From Octopus vulgaris (Eukaryota), in contig OX597816.1 in NCBI GenBank assembly GCA_951406725.2, positions 42,160,001 through 42,224,000 on the forward strand: a stretch of DNA of 64,000 nt, given 5' to 3'. A program made the position numbers and the translations under genes. The notes beneath the pieces are model-generated. The model saw only the letters and a program-made list of their open reading frames with translations, was not told the origin of the DNA and made no database searches. Below, one piece after another: positions 14,014-28,312 of the stretch. Position 1 is the first letter of the stretch, and each line of letters begins with the position of its first letter.

Positions 14014-14246
14014 TATTATTTTATTTTATTATATTATTATATTATTTTATTTTTTTATTTTATTTTTTTTATTTTTTTTATTTTTTTTTTATTTTTTTAT
14101 TTGTTCTTCTGTCTGATTTAGCACTGACTCCTTGACCACTCCCCCAAGTATGATATTTTGCGCTATGCCTACCCCCAAAAAGTCCCCCACCAACACCCCT
14201 TTAAACCTGCCTAAATGTATAAATGCCAATACAATTCTTGTTAACT

Positions 14247-14297
14247 AGCTTCCTGAAGATTTCTCTTGAATGAAACAGTTCTAGTCCTGTAGAAGCT
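14247..14297 (+). ncRNA. Type I hammerhead ribozyme
   Basis: AGCUUC-CUGAAGA-u-UUC-ucuu-GAA-u-GAAA-CAG-uucuaguc-CUG-UA-GAAGCU, with a perfect 6 bp helix I. Confidence 0.88.
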
Positions 14298-14379
14298 CCT
14301 TCTATATAATAAATTAATTTTACTCTGCTATGTATTGAGTACCTTATTTACTGTGGTTAACCCGAATCAACCCGGGACC

Positions 14380-14410
<31 letters not shown>

Positions 14411-15787
14411 CTTCATGCATACGCACACGCACACATTTCCGCTGACCAATTGCTGTGTGTCACTAAAAACTTAAATATGATTTTCTTTACCTGGATTTGT
14501 GAATTATGGTTAATAAAAACGTTGTATCATGAAATATACAATTATTCTTTTTAATTCGATATATTAAACGCTATATAAAATCCTACGTTTAAGTATTATA
14601 TTAAACTCGCAACTTTAGTTTAGTCGAATTCTTTGAGAAGCAATCAATTTAAGATCTGATACTCGCAGTATATTATTTGAAGTAAAAACCATTTAGAAAA
14701 TCTAAGAAATGGATCCAAAAACAGTTTGTGCATGCATTTAACGAACAGAAAGTGAAGTAATTTTAGTGTACACTAAATTATTTGTCGAGAAACTGAACTA
14801 AAATATATTTTAAACGATCATACTGATAGAAATATTGCTATATCTGCTGCATTTACTATTCGCATTTCACCTATGCTGCAGGCTCTATTTCAGATGGACA
14901 GTTGCAGCAGGAAATAGTTCATTTCTAGACGTTTTCAGGGATACATTTGGCGTGAAATCGTTTTTACGAATATGACTAGGAGATATTTCCATCTCGTACG
15001 CTTCATTTGAACGCTGTGTATAACGACGTGATTGAAAATTGCTTGTTTTGTTAGCGGTCCATATATTGCCTGAGTGGTTTGCCAATGCTCTTGCCTGGAA
15101 TTCATTTTATTTTATTTTATCTTACTCGAGAATGTTAAATTACGTTAAATTGCTTGTAGTGCATTATGCACACACACACACACACAAAGATACGTACGTA
15201 CACAAGCGCACACAGCCACATACATATGTGTGCATATGTATATACTATCACCTATTCACTGGTTATTTTTTATGTCGTTAGCTCACGAATCTGCCCGTGG
15301 TAGATACTGATATTGTTTAATAAAATGCAGTCACCTAAGTTCAACTCCAGTCAAATCACTATGGTAATTAAGAAAAGTCGATGGAATACAAAAATGACAC
15401 GAAACATTTAATGCGGGAACAAAATTAATGTATACTGTTGATCAAATAAAAAGATAGATTAGATATTTCGAGACAACACTCGAGCTCAATTCAAGACATC
15501 TTGAAAAGGTTTGTAGCGTACAACAGCCGAAGCGCAGTGAAATCAACAATCAAGATTAGCACACTAGTCCGACTAATACAAATAATATACACAATATAAA
15601 TTTACCACCTCACAAATACAGAGTTGTATTATCCTAGAATTTTTAAACACTTATGCTTTTTCTATGTTTCCTATTCATAAATGTCTTTTTTTGTTTTCCG
15701 TTAGTAACATATTTACTGTTTTCTATGATACTCACTTATTCAGTTTTATTTATCTGAACCTCCAAACATATAATATTCTTTTGTACT

Positions 15788-15906
15788 CTTGGCACAAGGC
15801 CCGAAATTTTGGAAAAAGGGGCCAGTACGCACCTTGCACCTAATTTATCCACCCTGAAATGATGTAAGGCAACGTCGGCCTGGTCGGAATTTCAACTCAG
15901 AACGTT
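15788..15906 (-). mobile_element. SINE fragment (related copies ~19510-19645 and ~46590-46760)
   Basis: Recurrent tcgacccc / gaaa.gat.aaaggcaa.gtc / ggaattt.aactcagaacg motif. The reverse complement contains a B-box-like gagtt(c/g)aaattcc. Confidence 0.55.
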
Positions 15907-17724
15907 CCTATTTCAGATCCTTTCAAGCTACGAAACTAAAACTTTCCCGAATCAAATACTCACACGATCATGCACATGTATTTGTATGCATGAGTCAGTT
16001 GATCCAGCACATTTTTATTGGTGGTCTATGAAGTCCTTGCTATTTTGCGTTTCGTCAACATACTATATTTGTTTTACTATATCTGTTTCACACGTTGCAG
16101 GGTCACATATGTATTAATTAATGTTACACACCGCAGTGGAAAGGTCAATTCAACTACTAATTTCAAGGAAAAATACAATATATACTTTCGTACATATGGA
16201 AGTTTTTTTAAAAAAGGTATTCATTCGAAACTATGTTTTCCTGTTTTGGTTTCACTGCTCAGCATCCTGAAAAAGTGTTCTATTAATTTGGCATTTACTT
16301 GTCTATGTATATGTAGCGAACTTTGTTATAAATCAATTAGGAATGCTTGCCTTCAGTATATGTTCATGAATGCGAAAATGTTTCCATGTCTCTGTATGTA
16401 TACTGTTGATAGCTGAGGAAAAAAGGATGCAATCCAGGGAAATGCCAAATAGAATGATGACAGTAATTAATAAATTGAGTCCAGGCTACAGTACGGTTGT
16501 CGATATAATTTAATAAAGACTTCAAGCAGGGGCTCCTATGAGGCCATAGATCAAAATCTATAAATGGTAAAATAATAAAAAATTAAGATAATACATATTA
16601 AAATTTAGCGTATAATTATAAAATGTTTTCTGGAGTTTTGTTTTTCTGAATTTGTGAATTAAGGTTGATAACAAAGTTGTATCATGAAATCTACACTTAT
16701 ACTTTTGTTCTGAACATCAGTTAGCAATAAAAATATTATCTAGCAATACAAAATTTTATTTAAAATGTTTCTCAACGTGGAAACTATTACTACAAAAACT
16801 TAATTTTAAAAAAAAATATTGTGAAAAACCAGGATTTACAAAAATACATAAACTTTTAATTTATAAAATCTTTCGGATTGATCGTTGCGCTATCCTCTTG
16901 TGCATGCCAACATTTATCAGTGCATAATTAAATAAATCAATCATGGTGATAGATACCGTGTGACAAATAAAATAATTGATTAATATACTAATTGAAAAAT
17001 TATAAATATTTCTGAAACAAATTATGATTTTGCACAATACACAAATTAGCTAAAATCGTTTAAGTTATTTCCAAATTGCTTAGTCAGGTATGTTTCCGAT
17101 TCATACAAGTTTAGCATGTAAATTCAACTTGTTAATCTGTTCAAAATAATATCTAAGAGTCTTTAAATTCGTTTTGATGAAGACCGTTTATTAATTTTTG
17201 CTAATTGATTGATGGATAAAAATATTGATTTCTGGGCAATGAAAAATTAAAAGTGATAGATGGCTGGTCGAGGGAAAATTCAGTATTTAATTATATCATG
17301 TTATATTTTTCGCCAAATACATTTAAATAACATCGAAGCAATATTACTCTGTATAAACATAATTAGATACACAGACATGTCAAAAGTAGAGAGACATCCC
17401 TTATTAATGCCTTTTCTTTTTCTTTTTCGGGTAGGGGTATATAAATATAAATTGTTTCTAGAAAGTAGCTGCGAAGAACAGAAGCAAAACAGTTGTCTGA
17501 TTTTTAAGGTGGGTGTATTGTATGCCCACCTGAAGTTGCAGTTAGTGTGATATTGCATAAAGTCTTGGGATTATTCTTGCTACAGTCAACAGACTGTACA
17601 CTTTACTAGCAAAGGACAGGAATACTAAGCATCCATCTGACGTCGTGACCACATGGGTCACCGGAGCAGAATAAGTCTTTTATCTGACCGGAAAATACCC
17701 AAAAGAACATTGCTGACTGTATGA

Positions 17725-17915
17725 AACATGGAAGAACGAAGATTAGTAATCCAATTTTTCTGGTCTAAAGTTGTGTCAATAGCTGAAGTTCATTATAGAC
17801 TTTGAGTAGAGAACAAAAACAGCGCTCTACTGCGTATAATTGTATATTGGTAGATCTGTAATTTAAAAAGTGGCAAGATAGGCGTGAAGCATGACGGAGG
17901 GGCAGAACGATTAGG
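17725..17915 (+). pseudogene. mariner-type transposase N-terminal HTH remnant
   Basis: Translates EERRLVIQFFWSKVVSIAEVHYRL*VENKNSALLRIIVYW*ICNLKSGKIGVKHDGGAER, resembling the mariner pattern EQRxVIxFLxxxGxxxAEIHxRL..VYxW..FKxGR. Confidence 0.6.
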
Positions 17916-18121
17916 AGTTCCCTGTTATCTAGAATTCAAATAATATATTTTTTCCAGGGATTTAACTCAGTTCTACAAAATGCGTACATCTAGCTACCTA
18001 CCTATATCCCGTTACCTTACTTTCGGGACTTTGTCATCCACACATTGACACTGTAGCTACTGAACATTAATTTTTCTATTGAGTTATTATAAATTTAATG
18101 CATTCTAATGATAAGATTCTA

Positions 18122-18154
<33 letters not shown>

Positions 18155-18162
18155 TCATGCAT

Positions 18163-18443
18163 ACACACACGCACATGTAATTATATATATATATATATCT
18201 TCATGCATACGCATACGCACACATTTCCGCTGACCAATTGCTGTGTGTCACTAAAAACTTTATTATGATTTTCTTTTCCTGGATTTGTGAATTATGATTA
18301 ATAACAATGTTGTATCATGAAATATACAATTATTCTTTTTAATTTGATATACTAAACACTATATAAAATCCTACGTTCTCCAAACTTTAGTCTAGTCGAA
18401 TTCTTTGAGAAGGAATCAATTTAAGATCTGATACTTGCAGTAT
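18163..18443 (+). repeat. Local duplication of 11203-11222 + 14411-14670 (empty-site paralog)
   Basis: acacacacgcacatgtaatt-(TA)n-cttcatgcatacgca..acatttccgctgaccaattg.. is contiguous here but split by about 3.2 kb at 11.2-14.4 kb. Confidence 0.8.
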
Positions 18444-18453
18444 ATATATACTA

Positions 18454-19262
18454 CAGGGCCCGATGGGTAAATTGTCGCTATATTTTTGCGCATGTGCATT
18501 CATTGTTCTGATTTTGTCGATTACACGGTAGAGAGCGTCAGTTGGGTACTGTCTGTGAGAAAAAACAGCACCATCACGCAATTCACTCTGCTAGGAATTT
18601 GGAAACTACATACTGTACTACTTGGCATTCACGCAGGAAGCTCCAATACGAACATATACCGAGAGTGATAAAAATCAAACATCCAGGCAACGGCATGGTG
18701 TTTCGAGTGATTACTAGTGATGGCGACGTTATGCCTCCATTCATCTACCTACATGGCCTGAGACCCAACACGGAAGCCTACATTAAATGTCTGAATGAAG
18801 ATGATGGCAGCTGGAAGACCCTATGTTTCGCAACAGCACTCTGCACAATGCTACACAAGCAGGAGAATCGATTCATAGTTGTCAGACATTTTCTGCGACC
18901 ACATTATTCCTAACATCTGGCCACCAAACTCCCCGGACAGCAATTCTCTTTATTATTGTGTGTGGAGCACAGTTGATCGAGAGACCGATAAAACTCCTTG
19001 TAACATAAAGGGTGAACTGAAGGCAAATATTATAGCAGCATTCACCCACGTAAACAAGGAGACTGCCAAGAAGTGTATCAGGAAGTTCCGAAATCGTTTA
19101 GAGACCGTGGATGAAGCCAAAGGCTGTTGTATTGAATAAATTTACTCTTTAGTGTTTCAAGATATTTCTATGTAATTTTAGTAAATATGTCTGTTAAAGT
19201 GAGATGTCAGTGTTATTTTCCGTTTTGCATAATTTAGACGACAGTTTATTCATGGCACCCTG
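18454..19262 (+). mobile_element. Degenerate, internally deleted Tc1/mariner transposon
   Basis: TA-flanked imperfect TIRs cagggcccgatgggtaaattgtcg / cgacagtttattcatggcaccctg. Residual motifs MVFRVITSDGDVMPPFI and WPPNSPDSNSLYYCVWS. Confidence 0.85.
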
Positions 19263-21595
19263 TATAAAAAAGAAGAACCACATTTTGTTTCCTTCAGAAT
19301 ACCTTTTCTGCAGAAGCGAACCTTCTTTGTATTCCTTTAAGTATTTCTTTTTCTTGTCTGAACAAATATGTCATCTGTATAGTTGAATATTCCTAATATT
19401 CTGAATGGAAGCAAAATTACAGGGGACACACACACAAGGAAGATTGAAAAGTTGAGTCACAGACACAAAAGTAAACAATAGGGAAAATAACTTCTTTAAA
19501 TATTGGATTCTCATGTTAGCACAAAGCCAGCAACATCGGAGAAGTGGGTATGTCATTTATATCGACCCCAGGAATAAACCGGGCCTTATATTATCGACCC
19601 CGAAAGGATCAAAAGCAAAATAAACCTCGGCGGAAATTACTTCAGATAAGATATTAAAATGACATGTTTAAAGTTTACTGTCACAACATAAGATGCAAAA
19701 CGATAACAACACAATTAAAGCACAAAAAAAACTAACAAGAATATGTGATATCCTAGAAGCTACAAATGCAAATTATATAGTAAATCACTCCAGTGACGAC
19801 GTAGCATAATGGTTGACATTTTATGATATATTGCATTATAATAACATAAACAAGAATTGCATATCACATCTTATGCTATATAAGCTCAAACAGCTACAAT
19901 AACATTTTTGTGATGGATACATGAAATTTTAAGCAATGGCTTTAGATGAAGTTATTTGTTGAGTAGGAACAACTTCGTAAGAAACATAAATTCAGATACT
20001 TACATACATAAAACTAGAATGGAGAAAGCGGATTCGAAGACCACGGATCTAAACCCTCACTGGAACTGTAAAAATCTGTAAAGCTTTCCAAAACTTTATC
20101 ATGAAGGCATATATGAACATGTCTAGATATGCAACTATATGCTTGAGAATACGTACACAAAAACAAAGCATACAAATCTGCATGTATATATTAATAAAAA
20201 AAATACCCTGTTGATGTTCTTGAAAGTCCAATGAAAGAGACCTCGATCTAGGTTAGGAAATGGCTCTTTTTTGTATTGGCAAGAAATCTTGAAATAAAAC
20301 TGAATAATGGCAATCCATCCATCAATCCATTCATACATACATACATAGATACATACATAGATACATAGATACATACATACATACATACATACATACATAC
20401 ATACATACATACATACATACATACATACATACATACTCTCAGTTGAAGTTGTATTTTAAGAAAAAATAAACTTCCGTAGTTTCGGGGATGAATTTGCCAG
20501 GCAAGTGATTTCATTCTAGATTGTTTTGAAACTAAAACAATAGCAGCGCAGAAGACACATGCGAACCATTAACGGAACATAAAACCTTCATTAAATATTT
20601 ATTTCTTGGAATAAAAATGTTCATCTCACCAACTGCGAACTAGTCATTAGCACAGTTCCGTTTCAGCTAGTTTCAAGGGAGCTGTATTCCAGTATATATA
20701 GGCTTCAGGTTTATTAATATAATTTTTCATCTATGTTGACCAGTAGTTCTGCTTGTATATTACCTGGTTCTCATATTTGTTAAACTAACTTAGCATGTAG
20801 TTGTAATTAACGTAGCCCCCTCTCTCCCCCGTTCTTTGCCTCAGTAGGGTTTCCTATGATATTACATAGAACAGCATATTAGGAATTAATCAGTCACATT
20901 CCGTTAAATGTTCAATCACTAGTCTTTCTTACGTTCTATTCTTTGACGAAATGGAATGCAAAATTTCAAAAAATTTATTAATAATACCAAGCACCACTTG
21001 ATAAAAAAAAAACAGCATATAGAATATTACACTAATATGGCTCAAATTCTCCCACGCAAAGACATAGATAAAACATACGAAACAATATCTATATCTATTT
21101 CTCCAGTTATATCTGTTCTCATAAAGTGATGTTCATATTATCATATGACCAACTCATCGGATTAACACATAATTTGACTTCCTCTAAAATGTTTGCCCAA
21201 AGTATCTCCTCAGATTACATGTGGAACCAACGCCCAATGGAGCTCCATGTTGTTACGTGAAAATTATAGAATCTCAAAGTGTGGTGGAAGAGCCATTAAA
21301 AGAGTTAGCTGTACATCTTATCCGATGACGAGTTTCATCTCAGCAATCTGCACCTGAGCTAATACCAGCTGGCCCTAAAATTACTCAATAAAAAGAAGCA
21401 AATTTTGAAACTGCTTACGGAGTCAAGGAAAATACGCATTAGCCACAAAACTTTCCACCAGGAACTACTTTTGAATATCTTGAAAATAAGAAACCGATGA
21501 AATAAACGCAAATACCCTTTTCAAGGAACAAAGCATATTTTCATTATTTACTTTGTATTTCTTCTGTTTGTGTGAAAAGTAACTATTTCCGGTGT

Positions 21596-21647
<52 letters not shown>

Positions 21648-21820
21648 TTGCATACATACATATGTGTGTGTGTGTGTGTGTGTGTGTGTTAATATAATCC
21701 GCTAGGTGCAATATTATACCATAAAGGAAAAACTTCATTGTTACTGATCGTGACTGAGACTACCGAGCACGTATATTGCAACAAATAATTAAGTACTCTT
21801 AATGCTGTAAGAGGTACGCA

Positions 21821-21878
<58 letters not shown>

Positions 21879-22927
21879 TGACAAGGGAGATAAGCCTCCC
21901 GAAGATCACTAGACAAGAATAGCTTCACCTATGAGTCGTAGGCTCGTTAGTCGTGACTACTCAAAATCTCCCATGCCAGCGTGCTTCTTACAACATTACG
22001 AGAGTTAAACTCTTATTCCCTGAAATATAGGTGCTTCGGCACCCTCAGTCACAACTATCGCTTTCACTCTCTCTTTCTTCCGCTCTCAGGCTCTCCTTCT
22101 CTTTCACACTCTCTGTTTGTCTCTCTCTCTCAATATATATGAGGCAAAAATCAATACTTGACCGATTAAGACGAGTGATGTCGGCTGCTGTCCAATTGCA
22201 TCAGTCCAACAACTGAGGAAAGACACCAAGACAGTTGGAACAGTAGCAGTAAGCAGGTGAAAGTGACTGTTGGTGATTCGAGAGTGCAGTTGAATACCTC
22301 CCACAGGTGTGATTTACACATTATTCAAAACTGTCTTAGAAACTGTTTTTGGAATTCTGAATGATCATTTTTTTCATATTTCTGTATATAATATCACGTG
22401 GTCTTATACGATATTTCGTTTTCATTTAGATGTTGACATTTGAAACGATGAATCATGTTATACATCAAACGCATGTCAGTCTTTTATGAATATACTGAGA
22501 TGCAATGTTATAGATCTAATTTCCAAATGGTGTATCAGAGACCAAACTTTTGATCGACGATGCAAGGGAGTTGATTTGAATTTCATCTGTGTTAATTATG
22601 TAACATTTTACTCAAATCAAAAACTAGTAACATAGGGAGGAGTCAGCTGGTCTTGCTAGAGTCATCGTTTACCACTACGTTGTCGAAAATGTATCTCACT
22701 AGTGTTGTGTTTAGTGCGTTATCTTTTAAGAATTCCGGGTCGAGTTCACGTAAGAATCCCCATTTTTCTAAAAAGTACGAGAGGAAGAAATAAGACATAT
22801 AATTACATGCAGTGTAATTCTGAAGTCCTTATATACAGTTCTTTTATATATTAGCATGTTTGTTCATAGTCACATATATTTCTTTGTATATATTGGTACA
22901 TACACACACAAATACACGCATATATGG

Positions 22928-22966
<39 letters not shown>

Positions 22967-22977
22967 AATGTATGTAT

Positions 22978-23033
<56 letters not shown>

Positions 23034-23062
23034 CTATATATATATATATATGTAAATGTATG

Positions 23063-23120
<58 letters not shown>

Positions 23121-23181
23121 CGTACATGCCTGTTGATGGAAGTAGATAAGTGGTGACGAGTATTTAGGCTTCTATGAAATG

Positions 23182-23221
<40 letters not shown>

Positions 23222-23499
23222 ATAGATATGCTGATTGCGGTATATACACCAAGTGTGCCGCACCCAAATCGATATTGATTTGTCGTCAATGTTTAAACAT
23301 GCTTTCCAGAATTCATAGTGTCCTGTTCTTCTTTTTTTCTTTAAATGCTTCCAATTAATGTGTTGCTTAAATATACACGTTGTCAAAAAACTGAGGACTA
23401 TGATAAGAAAATCATTAATGCACCTGGTGTGATACACGGAATATAATATCAAAGATGTTACCTATAATTAAAATACCAATAGTATCATTGATAGAATTA

Positions 23500-23573
<74 letters not shown>

Positions 23574-24589
23574 GTAATAATAAAATTAATAACGTTAAAC
23601 ATATTGTGTACATTTAATACGTAGCCACGCACGCCGAAGCACGTCGGTTTTTGTATATGGACAACATTATATGTACAATTCCTATAAATATATATATATA
23701 TATGTGTGTGTGTGTACACGAGCTATTGATACATTATAATTGGATGTCGCATTACTTTTATTGATTCGTATGAAATTTAATGCAATAAGTTTGCGCTGCT
23801 TATTTGACCAAATGATGTAATATATTTAGTAGTTTCTATTTGAAGTTTATTTTGTTATTCATATTTCATCACCTGTAGCTTCCTTCGCATTCCAACATTT
23901 GCATAAATTACGGTTAGGTTTATCAACACATCGACATTTTATTCTTCATACAAAATGAAACAAATATATACACGTTATATTGTCGACAAAACTTTGACAA
24001 AATGGAAGATCGATGGAATAAAATGAAAAGAACAAAAGGTGCTGAAAGAGATCTTATTTCCCTGCTGTACTTTTGTGGATGATCAGTAGTTTAAGAAACA
24101 AGGAGTGTGAGCCTGATACTATCAGTCGATACTGGTAATTGCTACGATGCTGTCTGTGTGGTTGTGCATTATTATATTTCTTTAGATTATATCAATGGTA
24201 TCTCAGATCTATTACAAGTTTGTGTGGACATATCTACTCTTCTCCCGTATTTTTTGCATATTTGTAATATGTAGTTTCTACTCCTCATAGGTATAGAATA
24301 TTTTCAATATATTTAAAAACATTTGGTGTATTACAATATTATAATTAGCGTCGCTAATTCTCCATTTGCAAAAAACTTTACTTTACTACCATCATTCGAA
24401 GAAGAGGGAGAATGACGCTTCATCTAATTTCACTGCATATATGATGTGAATGTTTTTTGAAAAGTATTTAACTGATTACCCAGAAACCACTTGTGTATTA
24501 TAGTGAAGTTATTACTTCAATTGCCTAGGCGTAATATTAAACGTAATTGCAATGGCCATGGTTTATATATATATATATGTGTGTATGTG

Positions 24590-24621
<32 letters not shown>

Positions 24622-25545
24622 CGCGTGAGTGTAAATGCATATATATATATACACACACACACACATATATATATACATAAATGGAAATACAATTTGTCAA
24701 TGTTAAAGATTTATATTTAAAAAATCAATACGTTATCCAAAGAGGCATAACATATCCAAAAGACACAAAACTTTACGTCAGAATAAGAAAACAAGGATAC
24801 TAAACATAGAAATAAGCATGAAATTGATAAATATTAATGCAGGCTATCATTTATATGCATAGAAAAAGCTAATATGTGAAGAAACGCAGTGCTATTAGGC
24901 AGCAGAATGCTGTGGGGTAGAGGTGAAAACCGAGTATTTTAGCATAAACTATTTTCGCCTATTCGAATCACAATCAATTTCAATCAGAATCTTATCCATA
25001 TTCAAATACATGAACGATATTGCATATTGCGAGTTATATACGAAAAGTGTTTTTAAAATTTACTAACGTATATCGGCTATTCAAATTATTTAACTAGTCA
25101 ACAAAGTTGTTCTATGTTTTACAATGTACATAGTGAAGGATGAATAAATTTAACGGAACTGTGTATCGAAATGTTAAAAAGGAATGATCAAATTATGAAA
25201 ATCTAGGGGATATGCCTGAGGCGTCGGTAAAGAAATTCGGAATTTCTTTGCTTCAAATATTGTAACACTGGAAATGGTACAGTGAATTAAAATTTTCTAA
25301 AAATCAATTGAACATTGTATGTCTTATTAAACATTTCGATAATTTGGTTGATATTTACGAAGTGCCAAAATAATTTTACCATAGTCATTAAGAACTAAGT
25401 TCGGACTAACAAGATAAATGAATATTAGAGCCATAGATATATTGTTGTGCACCAAATAAGGTAACAAACGCCAAATACAATATATGAATGTTATATTCTA
25501 TTGTACATCTCACCAATATGTTATAAGTGAATATATATATAAATA

Positions 25546-25922
25546 AAATTTAAAGGACTGACCATTAAAAGTGGACAGTCAATATCCTAGATATAGACGT
25601 CAAAATCGCTATTTTCCACGAAGAATGTGTTCTCAAGAAAAAAACTCAGCACAAAACCAAATGAAAACATACGAAATTAAAAATGTTCATTTGTCTTGCT
25701 TATTTTTTTACACTTTGGTTTTGTGCTGAGTTTTTTCTTCAGAACACATTCTTCGTGGAAAATAGCGATTTTGAGGTCTATATCTAGCATATTGACTGTC
25801 CACTTTCAGTGGTCAGTCCTTTAAATTTTGAAAGTAAAAAATAATTTAATCTTCGTATTTTTTTTAATATGCTAGGCCACTGGTTTTAATTGATTAATAT
25901 CAATTTCTACCCTTATTCAATT
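25546..25922. mobile_element. Fold-back non-coding element (~115 bp inverted arms + ~90 bp tail) in (TA)n
   Basis: aaaatttaaaggactgacca..cagcacaaaaccaaa (25546-25662) is inverted at 25714-25829. The tail shares aggccact(t)ggt and aatt..acccttatt with the 535 bp monomer end. No HHR core found. Confidence 0.7.
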
Positions 25923-26259
25923 ATATATATATATATGCATTTGAAATCTTAGACTCAGTAGCAATACTATGAATCAAATACAACCATACAGAGGATGTGA
26001 AACACTTACCACAGAGTTCTCAAAATGGTTTGAACTAGTCAAATAATGGAAACCAAAATTTAATTAACTTACTCCCTTTTAGTTTTGCATATTATATGCA
26101 CTGAAAGTACTAATGGAATCAGAGCGAAATAAAACTTTACCCTTAGATGCATATTGCTTCGAATTTTTTTGTACGTTGATATAAGTAATTTGCGCTATTT
26201 CTTCCGACTCATTCATCCTGAGTTAATGTTCCAATTAGGTTGATTTGGCCATTCAATGA

Positions 26260-27619
<1,360 letters not shown>

Positions 27620-28312
27620 TCAATATCGATGCTAAACTTCATTTCTATATTCCAATATTTCATAAAACTCTATTCAAAATACATAATATAGCAATCGTAT
27701 TGCATTCTAGTTAGTCGCATTTACTAAGTTCTTGTGAGAAAATATCCGCCTATGTTGAAATACTGCGGGCAAAATAGTTATTTTGTCAACAAACTTCCGT
27801 GCATAACATGTATATTAATAAAGATACTGCACGTGATCAATACCAATATTTATTTTTTTGTGTGTTTAATACAATATCTGATATAATCTGCAGGGATTCG
27901 TAAACGTTCAACACAGTATGTTATGAACATGATAAAAATTTGAATAATTGTTGCCCACGCAATGTTGTTGATATTTAACCTACAGCTCCTAAGCATTTTA
28001 TATTTGCGTCACTGTATACATATATAATACGCATACGTGCGTATGTGTATGCAAGTGTGTGAACCTGAGTGATTATGTGTATGTTTGACTCAAAATACAC
28101 CACACACATACACACATAAATATGCGTAAATATACATATATATGCGTGTATGTCTGCATATATATATATTTATACGAAATATATATATATATATATATAT
28201 GCTTATATCTAAAGTATATATACTTTGATACTTTGATACTTTGATAGGTTTCGGCCATTATTGGCCCAGGCCATGTCTAACTTAATAGCACCACCTGGTG
28301 AAGTCTTTCAAG

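Larger units (their letters stand above)
11489..14382. mobile_element. Non-coding PLE-type element: long inverted copy + direct copy + ~70 bp unique 3' tail, HHR in each arm
   Basis: 11489-~11770 is the reverse complement of ~14040-14313, and the interior is CA/TA-rich. The same family occurs at 40182-43383 and shares the internal block cccattccctaattttaattttattatcttc. Confidence 0.85.

Noticed and set aside
21140-21450. Possible very degenerate Gypsy-type RT fragment
   Set aside because: Only vague motif echoes across several frames; not supportable without a profile search.
22030-22320. GC-richer unique islands (also 33420-33720) as a host promoter or exon
   Set aside because: No convincing ORF, splice pair or recognisable motif set; needs RNA-seq.
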